Source of the DNA: Dimorphilus gyrociliatus
Taxonomy: Eukaryota; Animalia; Annelida
Assembly: GCA_904063045.1 (NCBI GenBank)
Contig: CAJFCJ010000007.1
Location: 4,567,867 to 4,620,838, forward strand
Direction of reading: 5' to 3'
Length of the DNA stretch: 52,972 bases
The number at the start of each line of letters is the position of its first letter. Position 1 is the stretch's first letter. The position numbers and the translations under genes are program-made. Below the pieces are notes generated by a model, which saw only the letters and a list, made by a program, of their open reading frames with translations, ran no database searches and had not been told where the DNA came from. Below, one piece after another: positions 10,701-20,976 of this stretch.

Positions 10701-13700
10701 ATTAATTTTATCTAGAGAAAAGTAGTTTGTTTTTCGATAATTCATTTTTTAATATTTAAATAATTGCTTTTTCAACTTCAACAACAATAAGGAAAAATCC
10801 AGAAGGAAACTCATTAAAGAAATACAACACAAAATGGTTTCATTATAATATTCAATGTTCAAAGACTAGATCAATTGATAAGCATTTAATTTACCAATAT
10901 AAGAATTTAATACCAATTTATGATAAATTCTATTATATTCAATCATTTGACAAACTCTATTCTGTAATGCAATTAAAAGATATGTGTAATAAACTTAACC
11001 TGTCACTTGTTGATTATCAATCTTCGAATAAGGTTTATCTGTTGAGCATTTTAAAACAGGCAATCAGTTTAGATCTTCATTATGTTACTGATTATCTTGG
11101 TGAATTCGGTATGAATATTGTTTATTATGAATTTTAAACAGAGAAACTACACTAAAATAATATTTACACAAATAAAGAATTCATTAAAATGAAAACTAGA
11201 AAATCATTTACTGAAGTAACCACAACAAATGGTGTAAGTTTAACTATACCATTTGCAAGATCAAATTTAGAATTGGTTTAGTATTTTATAAAATAATAAT
11301 AATTTAATCATTTTTTGGGACAGTAAAAGATTTGTAAAACACACTAAAAGTCTATATGATTTCACTATAGAGAGATTTAATTAACATGTTAAACAACTGC
11401 CCAAATTTTTAAAACTGAAAAGAATTGATTGTATATCTACTTTTTTTTTTCTCTTAGCCCAAAAATATTGAAGTAATATATGAAGACATTGAGAAGAGTT
11501 CATCAACTTGCTTCAGACTAGTTCATTCTGAGGTAGACATATTTTACAAGTATTATTTGAACTAAATTAAAACAGGAGATTCATTTCTATAGAAAGATGT
11601 GAATAAAATTGAATTTCATAAAATATCTTGTACACAAAAAGTAAGCAGATATTTAGCTTGTCAAACTCAACAATGTGAGATTTTTTTTAAAAAGAAGGCT
11701 TAAAAATTATCCTAAAAGCCTTTTATCAATCTTTTTCTGTTTGCCTCTGTCTCTGTTTCAGTTGAAAGAAATTCTATAAGACAAATCTCACCAGTTAATC
11801 AAAAGGAAATGAAACTTGGAAATATTATTCATTGTCAACAACATGATTTCTATATAAATATAGTCAATATATGCCACAATCCAGATTGTCAAATACATAA
11901 ATCATTTGTTCATTGTTCATACCACAAAACATTAACATTTCAATGTCAAACAACTAATCAAACAATCAGTTTCTTACTTGTATGCAATCACAATAAAGAA
12001 TGTCTAGATGGATCTGATGAAAAAGATTGTGGTAAAATTTATACAAAAAATCTTACAACTCTGACAATTTTTTGTACTATCCAAAAATAATTTTAGTTTA
12101 TCAAGCTTGCACCAAAACTACACATTTTCCTTATCCTAGTCAATGTTTACAGGAAGGAGCCAAAGGAGATTATCAAAGAGTGTGTTTTAATCAATTTCTT
12201 GACTTTCAGAAAATTCATCAGTCAAAACAGTTGTCTGAAAGAGCTAGAACAATAGGTCTACTGTTTGTGAGATCATATTCATGTTATTACAATATTTCAA
12301 CATGTGGACAACCTATGACAAACTTATTCAAACGCAACAAATGCAAACAAAGACAGTGTCCTTATGGTGAATATTTGTGCCGATACGAAAAGTATTGTAT
12401 CTCAATCGAGCAGGTATGTGACGGTATAGTTCAGTGTTACCATGGAGATGACGAAATAGATTGCGGTAAGAGTACAAAGATAAAGATGGATGGAAAGAAA
12501 AAAGAATGAAAAGAGAATTTTTGCAGGAAATTTTTATGCAAAAGGATTTTTCAGATGCGACAAAGAAAGAATATTTATTAAATTATCTAAAGTTTGCGAC
12601 GGATATATCGATTGCATTGACGGAAGTGACGAATTGTTGTGTAATTTTCCAAAAATATCACACCAATTCTGTCGTCAAATTGATGTTTTTTCTCTACAAT
12701 GCGACTACACAAAAGTGGAAGAAGATGACGAAGCGTTTCATAAAACTAACAAGAGCGTAGAGAATGTCGAATATTTAAAATTTGTGAACATGACTGGAGG
12801 GATAAGAAGAGAAGAAGAAGAAGACATTTTGAAAAATTCCATTCATCTTTCCATTTTAATTTTAAGAGAAAGTGGAAAATATTTGGAAAATTTCCAAAAT
12901 TATTTTCCAAATCTATTTTATCTTTCGTTGATCGACAACAACTTGACGTCTGATTCGTTGATTCTTTCAAAACCAATGAAAATGCTGCAAACGTTAATTT
13001 TGTCTAAAAATCCAATAGAATCGTTGGAAATGTTGAATATTTTGCAATGTAGAGATGTCAGATATTTGAATTTATCATCAACGAAAATAAAGAATATATT
13101 GGAAAATGATTTATCAACAATTGTAAATCTAACAAAGTTGGATATTTCAAATTGTAAATTAATGAATATTCATAGAAAATCTTTTCGAAATTTGAATAAA
13201 TTAACATATTTCTATTTGAATAATACTCAACTTCCTCAACAGTCATTTAGGCATATTGCCAAACATCTGCATGCATTACAATACATTGGTAAACATCATT
13301 TTATACTTTGTTGCTTCATTTGGAATTATATCCATTCTAATGTTGAATGCCATCCATCTTATTCAAAATTGATCAATTGTTTAACTATAATTAACAGTGA
13401 ATTTAAAAGAATTTTAATATGGATAATTACAATTGTTTATTTTCTTATTATTCTTGTAAACTTGACCTTATTTAAAGGTCAAAGATATTTTCTACTCTTA
13501 ATATTTCTTGATGAAATTGGATTTGTGTCTTATATTACTTGTATTCTGATTATTGATTTTAAATATTTGAAAAGTTACTTTTCAAATGATTCTCAATGGA
13601 GAAATAGTATTTTTTGTCAATCTCTTAGTTTTATTACAACATTTTCTATGTTGTTAAAACCAATGACCTTACTGTTTTGTGATTTTGAGTACTTCAATAA

Positions 13701-15006
13701 TTTACTTAAAAGGTTTTCTATTAAAAAAAGTCTTCAAATTTGTATAATTGTTCTGTTGATAAACTTTTTAATAAGTTTAGTTATATATTTTGATAGCAAA
13801 GTAAATTTTGAGATATTTTTATCTTTTAAATTTGAATTGTACTGTGATTTGATCTCTTTCTACAGAAAAATCATGCAATGACACCTTTCTGTTTTAATTT
13901 GCTTAGTAGAAATGAAGAGAAAGCTTCAATGTTTTTCTTTGTAATATTTTTTCTTCTTGTACCAATTTTCTATTTTTTGAAGTTAATTTTACTTTTAATT
14001 GATATTTTTTATTTTAAAAATTCAAAATATTCACCATTTCATCAAAAATGCTTTGAAATTGGATATGAAGAGAATAGAACTAATATTTCAATACTAACAT
14101 TTTTAAATTTTATAGCGTGGCTTTCACTTTCAATTTTAGGTTTATTTGTTTTTTTTTTGAATTTTTAAAATTTGATTAATGCTGATTCCCCTTTTTTTTA
14201 AATAGGTGTACTGACTTTGAGCAATGTAATATATCCAACAAGTAACATAACTCTTTGGATTGTTTTTATTTATTGGCCTTTAATTGCAATAATCAAACTT
14301 TCCATATGGTTAAAAATTGCAGTTACAAATAGAAGAATAAAGAGGAAACTAAGAAAAATTCAAGAAAGGTATGTACAGAGTAGTCATATACAAGTATGGT
14401 TAGCTAAATGAGGGGATGATTTTGAGGATAGATTAGTTAAGGATAAGGTGTATCCTAAGGTTTCCAAACACTAGTCAATTTAAATTTTATAGAACTGAAG
14501 TTACTGAAACTACTACCAGGGAAGAAACTGAAAAATGTTGAGTTTACATAAAATTTACTTTGATATGTTTCTTTTACTTTTTTTTATTAAAAAATAAATG
14601 TTTTCAGTTACAGAATTTGTGAATAATTTTGAAAAATTTCATTTAAAATTTCCTCCCTTTATTATAAAAAATCAAGATTTTACAAATTCAGAAATGTTTT
14701 ATAGAAATAATATATTTTTTATTTGTGCTAAAGCCATTTTTAAAGCATTGTCAGAAATTCATTGTCATAATTTTGCACTTCAAAAAGAAGTTACATTGGC
14801 GGATGTTTCTTTTGATGTATGAAAGTAAGAGAAAAAGCTAGAACAAGAGATAAGAATTTCTTTTTCTTTTTCAGGTGATTAAAAGGAAATTCTTTTTACA
14901 AATAAGTAATGTTGGTAAAGGGAGTAAAATAGCTAAAAGGAGAGATATTTTAAATGTGGGAATAGCATTAAGAAAAATACTCCAAAAGAGGACACAATTT
15001 TTATAA
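7750..15006 (+). CDS. Receptor gene B: SRCR-like/lectin-like/LDLa/LRR ectodomain, divergent 7TM and spliced C-terminal kinase-like domain
   Basis: Hydrophobic N-terminus ITVFLFIVFSISYHLQA. SRCR-like ICSFFGF...VVCFEDSSSIDDC (10495-10725). CTL-like MCNKLNLSLVDY (~10980). LDLa CNHNKECLDGSDEKDC and two more in 12363-12640. LRRs and 7TM. Introns read with GT..AG and consistent phase: 12466-12526, 13801-13865, 14140-14205, 14369-14492, 14537-14607, 14817-14874. First stop in this model at 15004-15006. N-terminal exons not fully resolved. Confidence 0.85.
12363..13346 (+). repeat. Inverted repeat copy 2 (984 bp), partner of 806-1789
   Basis: Differences from copy 1 at 12452, 12483, 13273, 13313 and 13316 only; 12484-13272 (789 bp) is identical. 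Confidence 0.97.
14493..15006 (+). CDS. Gene B terminal exons: 44-nt linker exon (14493-14536) plus kinase-like C-lobe exons (14608-14816, 14875-15006)
   Basis: Translation RTEVTETTTREETEK-F-TEFVNN...ICAKAIFKALSEIHCHNFALQKEVTLADVSFD-VIKR...KIAKRRDILNVGIALRKIL resembles kinase alphaE/catalytic-loop/alphaF regions. No GxGxxG, VAIK, HRD or DFG motif is recognisable. Confidence 0.7.
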
Positions 15007-16757
15007 ATCTATGTATATCTTTTTGTTTTGTTTAGTTATTTTTATTAGTTTTGAAATAGAAACAAATTTCTATTTTTTTACATAATATTTGAAAAAATGA
15101 TATTCATATTCAAATTTCAATATACAGTGTATGTTTAATTGCATGCATATATTCACAAGTTTATCTTTAGAAGTGATGACAATCTTGCATAGAAACAATA
15201 GTTTAGAGATTTTTGTATAGAATAAAAAGATCGATTCATTAAATATGAATGAGCACGTGGTGGTAAAACAAACACTTAGATTAGTCTTGCTGAAAGAACT
15301 CAGCCTAAATGAATGCTCACCAGATTATTTTTATCAATCTGTGATTGCTAGACTGTAACCCTAAGTGCAATAACTATTTCTATTCTTATATATATATACA
15401 ACTTATAACAATTCCACTACCTAATCTATGTAAGAAAACACAACAACATTCAGTCAAAATATATTTTAATTAGTCATGCTAAAGGCTCAACTTTTATTAC
15501 GGATAAGGTGTGGCCCAGTCATAATTCATAATAATTAGCCCACCTAAGTGTAGGACTGGCTTTTATACATTTCCTTATCAGTTGTTTATGCTTTAGGTGT
15601 CAACAGAAAGGGTCTAATCGCCAGATAAGGATTGTTCACCACAAACAAGATCAAGGATATCATGTTATGAAATAGTGATGTAAACAACAACAGGTTTTGT
15701 AGGTAAACCCTCAAGGGTCAATTGTTACATCATGTTTATGTAAAAATAAACCTTGGCTGTTGTTGTCAAAAAGTTTGGTTATATTAGGTTTATCCTTTCT
15801 TTTACCTATAAAAGGGTTGATTCTGGTAGTTCAGTACCATCTACCCTAGAGGCAACATCTACTCCAGCACTTTTACCACCTAGTAAGTATCATTCATATG
15901 TAAATCTATTAGCTATAGTTCACAAATGTACAAGTTTGACACAATGATATTTCTCACTTAGCCTTTGTGCATGTTGAATTTAATGTTCAGCTAAATTTCT
16001 TGATTTTTCAACAATTTGACCTTTGAGTCTCATTATCCCAAGAAGGCACTTTGCCCTTTCGCAATCTAAAAAAATTAATGGATAATTTCATAACACAAGA
16101 CTTCCTCTTCTGTCTGCCATATATTGTGAACAAATTGTTTCATCTTTAAAAAGGGGCTCAGACAGGCAATTAAAACAGTAAAAAAAGTTACTGATCAATT
16201 GACTTTACTGACTACCACTGAAGAGGACTTGGACTTAAATAGGTAAATTAGGTTAGGATAGGAACTGCTATTATAGATAGTAGTTTTCTAATAGCTGCAC
16301 TAATCTAGGCCTAACAAGCTTTTAGCGTGTGTGCAACAAGTGGTCTGTCAATCAGTCTGTGATTGCCAGACTATAACCCTGAGTGTAATAACACTTTTTT
16401 TGGCTATTTCTGAGTTCAAAAATAAATTGAAACAAAGAAATAAAAGTATAAAAATCTCTGTTGTTGATTTTTATGACAAAGAAATTATTTTAAATAGACT
16501 TGTTATTTGACAACAGACTAGTTTTATTTGAATAAATGAAGTTAAAAGAGGTTTTGTAGCAAAGTGTACTAACACTGTGCTGTTTTACTTATACATTTTG
16601 TGTTAAAAATAAAATCTAAACAGAGAATTAACAGTAAATATCTTTAAGATCCTGCTGAATACAATCTTTACAATTGAATGAAGGGAACCTGTTTTAAGAC
16701 TTTAGCAATAAATTGATTATACATCTAGATATTCATCAGATAAGCTTCTTGATTTCT

Positions 16758-17514
16758 TTACAACAAAGTTATTCTTAGAAAAATTTTCATCATTTCTTTG
16801 AAAAGAAATATAAAGTAAATCATTTTTAAATTGGCTTTAATATCTCTGTGCTTTGAATGAAATACAATGGATTGATTAATCCATTTAATCAGATTTTTAT
16901 CTTGAAATGGCACACCGTCTATTGTTGCCTTAAAAAGTTCATTGTCTATATGGAATTGTATTTCATGCATATAGTAATCATCTTTCAAAATTCCATAAAC
17001 AGTAATATTTTCTTTGTTGGTTTGGAAAATATTTATTTTATTGTGAGTTATAGAAGTCACATCAAAACATATATTCTGGAGTCTCTTACTCTTTTCATCT
17101 GGAGCAAGTAGTTTAAAGTGTGGATCACCATTTCCTACAGGTGCATCAAGAATAGCAATTTCTGTAGTCATTATACTATCAATTCCGTCATTATTGCAAT
17201 TCATTTGAATAGCTATAGATTCTTCACCCTCTGTTTCATTATCAGCTATCAGTGTTATAGTGGCTGTGCCCGGACTTATTGAAAAAGCTGTAGTTCCAAT
17301 AAAAGCATAATCAGCACTGTTTGATGATAGGCTTTAAAAAGATAAAATTGATGATATTGAATAGAAAGAAAATCTGCAAAAATAAATTCTTACTCGCAAA
17401 CTGTCCCAGATATACCAAATGATGTTTCAATTTCAAATTGTGTACCTTCTTTATATAAAGGCATTCCCAAAATAATAAAGCTTGATGGAAAGAGAGCAGC
17501 TGTATTGTCAATAT
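16758..17514 (-). CDS. Partial gene (possibly pseudogene): Calx-beta-like repeat followed by an ITIH C-terminal-like (GDPHF) domain
   Basis: Spliced translation ...ATITLIADNETEGEESIAIQM...EIAILD (Calx-beta pattern), then NGDPHFKLL...NICFDV, resembling DGDPHF...CF at the start of the inter-alpha-trypsin-inhibitor heavy-chain C-terminal domain. One GT..AG intron at about 17334-17394. 5' and 3' ends unresolved; the frame degrades near 16820. Confidence 0.5.
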
Positions 17515-17619
17515 CTAAATTGTTAATAATTAAGTTTATTTCAAAGAGTCAATTTCATTTTGGATAGAGAAACTTCAAACATTCATTAGAAAATGTTGTT
17601 TCTTTACATATGAATTACT

Positions 17620-17827
17620 GGGGTCGACGGAAAACGTCCACAAATGAGAAATTTCAAGACAAAAATTTGGATTGAGAAATGGTTAGGCAAAAGAAAACAG
17701 CAAACTGATTTGTATTAAAGAGGGTCTCCTCTGAGGGTTTGGGGTAATGGAAAAGGTTAGGTACAGCTAAGGGCTAGGTTAGGGTTAGGGTAAAAGCACT
17801 GATTTGTGGACGTTTTCTGTCGTATCC
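17620..17827. mobile_element. 208-bp MITE with 26-bp TIRs and 8-bp target-site duplication
   Basis: TSD GAATTACT at 17612-17619 and 17828-17835. TIRs GGGGTCGACGGAAAACGTCCACAAAT / GGATACGACAGAAAACGTCCACAAAT (22/26). Internal GGTTAGGGTTAGGGT. An 8-bp TSD fits hAT, P or Merlin; superfamily not determined. Confidence 0.85.
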
Positions 17828-19642
17828 GAATTACTTACTCAAACAAAAAAATGATACTGCTTATCTTAAAAATCTCCATTTTTGCCACTTTAAAGTTTGA
17901 AACAAATATAACAAAAATTTGGAACGTTTTTTAAAAAGATTTTCAATCTCTTTACAATCTTTTACATCTAAAAAACAATTGGGAAAACTGATATTTTTCA
18001 AAGTATTTGATGAATAGACAAGTTATTTTTAAATTTTTAATTGTCCTTTATTATCCATCTGATTATTCTCCATTGGTTCAATTGCTTCCAGACAGGAATA
18101 TTTGCTATTCTTCCAAATTATTGTTAGTTTAAAGAAGAAATCTTTAGTCTCTTCAACTGATTTTTAAACTGTCCTCAAAGGCTTCTAACTCGATATTTAT
18201 TGAGACGTACTTATAATCTGTAATTCAGGAACAATGACTTTTCTATTAATCAGTAATTCATTTATTTAAATGCAAAATGGACAAGGCTTTAAAAATACTG
18301 AAATCAAACAATGAAAAGAAGAGATCAAGCACTCCAAACACTTAACGATATTGTTTCATGTAAATAAGTCATTGAATGTCATAGAAAGGGAATTAGATTG
18401 TAAAAGAGAAAACGTATATTAGCTGATATTTCAACCAAGCGAAACATTTTGTTTTATCTCTAATAGATATATTGTAAAAGATTTCATAACAGGTACAATC
18501 AGAAAATTATAATTTCGAGTTAAGCAACCCAATGGGGAATGAAGAGGAAATTGACATTGAAAGTTTAAATCAAAATAAACCACCATTTCCAGAACAGTCA
18601 TTCATCTTTTATATTGTCAAACAATGTTCAAATGCTCTAATGATTTATGAAATTTTATTGTTGGCCACATGCTATGAGGATGTCTACATAATCAAAGGTT
18701 GTTTGGTAATGAAGCATATGAAATAAGGATAAGATAGGAGTACCTGGACTCTGGCCCTACTGTAAATCAACTTACAATAGATAAGTATAATGAAATAGTT
18801 AGTTTTAATGTTTAGCAATTCCCTAGGACAGTACTTTTCATTACAAATTTGATATTCATATAATATATTACATTAAATGCATTTTCTTCACACAGTTACA
18901 TTGTTCATAATAACATGGACAGATTGATGTAGGAAAAAAACTGTGCCTAATAGTACACAGTTATATGAGTGGATTTTAACACTAATCTACAAAACCAAGT
19001 TTTTACTGCTGCTATTTTTTTAAAGCACAGTTGAAATTCTATCTGAACATTGATCTTTTAAAATATGAGGAATTTTCTTTTGTTATTGTTAAACTCTGGT
19101 TTTTACCAATTATCTTTCCCTTCTGATGATGACAATCTACCACAATAATAGTTTCCATAGAGATAGAAATAGTTAGATATTACTGAATCAAGTAGTCTTT
19201 TATTATCGTAATCATTATCCGAATCATTGTTGTAATCCCAACAGAAATTCATCTCATTTTTTTGAAATATTTGACAAACAATATAAAGTATTAAATGGTG
19301 AGAAAAAATGAGAAATTTGTATTTACTAACCTCGTCTGTCTTTGAATAGTAAAGTGTAATTTTGAATTATTAACTGTTGATATCTTTTCAATAGTTTTAT
19401 TCTTTAAAATATGATTATCAATAAAAAGAATACTCTTTTCCTTCATAATTCCATCTTCTATGACAGCTCTAGTTGTACATAACTTGTTCAGATATCTATC
19501 ATATAGTTCTATGCAATTTTCTTTCGTATTTGCAATTGAGCAATCATTGCAAATTATGACAATATATATAATGTATGAACAATTGACAACTTCCTCTCCA
19601 TAACACTTGGACATTGGTATTGACTGAGTAGTGTAATAAATG

Positions 19643-19838
19643 TATATATATATATATATATATATACATTATATCAAAAAATGTCATTTATCATTATCAG
19701 TGTCATCATTATAATCATCATCACCACAAATTTGTTTCGACAATATGTGTTGTGTTTTGCAAGAAGAAGAATACTCTTCATCATTACACAATTACTCTTC
19801 CTATTAACAGAGAGAGAGAGAGAGAAAGAGAGAGAGAG
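19643..19838. repeat. Microsatellites (TA)12 at 19643-19666 and interrupted (AG)n at 19809-19838
   Basis: Read directly. Further (CT)n tracts lie near 21457-21483 and 37381-37408. Confidence 0.9.
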
Positions 19839-20157
19839 TATAAAATTTGGCTATTAACAGATTGGACATTTTTCTTCAAATTCATATCCATTGTTTTGTG
19901 TGTAATATTTCCCATGTTTTTATTGTCAAAAGGGAAAAAGATATTGAATGTTGAAAGAATATTGTGATAGGATTAAATACACTATAATATGTTTAAATGA
20001 ATATTTCAAATCGAATAAAAAAGTTAACTATTTTCTATCAATATCATCCCAAAATGTAATGGGAGGAGGGAGGGGGAACTGTTGAAAACAGTGACCGTTT
20101 GGTGACCGTTTTTAACAATATTCCCAAAATATCAGCATATTCGTAAAATACTTCAAG

Positions 20158-20976
20158 TTATAAACCTTTTATTGCCAGTAGAGCTTCCAATTGTGGTATA
20201 TTTGCTGAGTAATTGCTTTTTAAATGGCAAATTTCGTCTTTTAAAGAATAAACAATTGCCCTGCAGAGATAATGCATACAATAGTTAAAATATAGTTTTA
20301 ATGTGGCGCGTCTCTCCTCTTTCAACCTCTCTAGTCCATTCATGACATTTGAATAGAAAAAATATTGCGTACAAACCTGCACTGAGAATACAAATTACAA
20401 ACGTCTAAACATTCTTCAAATGGCACCAATTTATAGGCCCCGCCCCAAATGGAAGCGTTAAATGGCTGTTCCGGAACAGCAGCCTTGTTTTCGTAAATAA
20501 CTATTGGAGTTTTTGCAATAGCAGTTTGCGAATCTTTTACAATTAGAATATAATCATTAAGATGTCTGGTGTTTCCCGTTGAATTCTTTAAATAGCATAA
20601 CTGAAGTATTACTTTATAGTCAATCCGTCTGTAATCATTAAAAGAGTTGAAAGTGTATAAGAATAGTTTATAAAGCGTCTACTTGCTTGCAATCATTATA
20701 CAAGCTACATACACTTAAACATTTCTCAATAGATATTTTCTGTCTATGCTGTCCATTCCAAATTGGAGGATAGAACGGAATGTCGGGTACAGCAACTGTA
20801 TTTGCATAAATTCTATATGTTGCACCTAATAGGAAATGATAATGACAAATAGCTTGTTAATACGAAATAAAGAAATGAAAATGCAGCAATAGTTGACTAT
20901 AAAAACCTAAATTGTCCAACGAAATAGAAGAGGGAATAAGAAGAAGAGGAAAGAGAAAAGGTAGTTTAAATGCCAT
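20158..20976 (-). pseudogene. Secreted protein with two PAN/Apple-like repeats, frameshifted
   Basis: Signal exon MAFKLPFLFPLLLIPSSISLDNL (20907-20976), phase-1 intron 20826-20906, then repeats IYANTVAVPDIPFYPPIWNG...IEKCLSV(C)SLYNDCKQV and IYENKAAVPEQPFNASIWGG...FEECLDVCNLYSQCRFV. The first repeat needs a 2-nt correction in a GT run, and the 3' end also shifts frame. Confidence 0.5.

Noticed and set aside
14598-14822. ORF 14598-14822 as a stand-alone gene
   Set aside because: Its ATG lies within the acceptor region of intron 14537-14607, and the homologous exon in gene C has no ATG. It is better explained as an internal exon of gene B.
15338-16392. 37-bp direct repeat at 15338-15374 and 16356-16392 (4 mismatches)
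   Set aside because: No TSD, LTR ends or coding remnant between the copies. Probably tails of a small dispersed repeat; not classifiable here.
19000-19614. ORF 19291-19614 and adjacent Cys-containing fragments
   Set aside because: No recognisable domain, signal peptide or consistent splice model.
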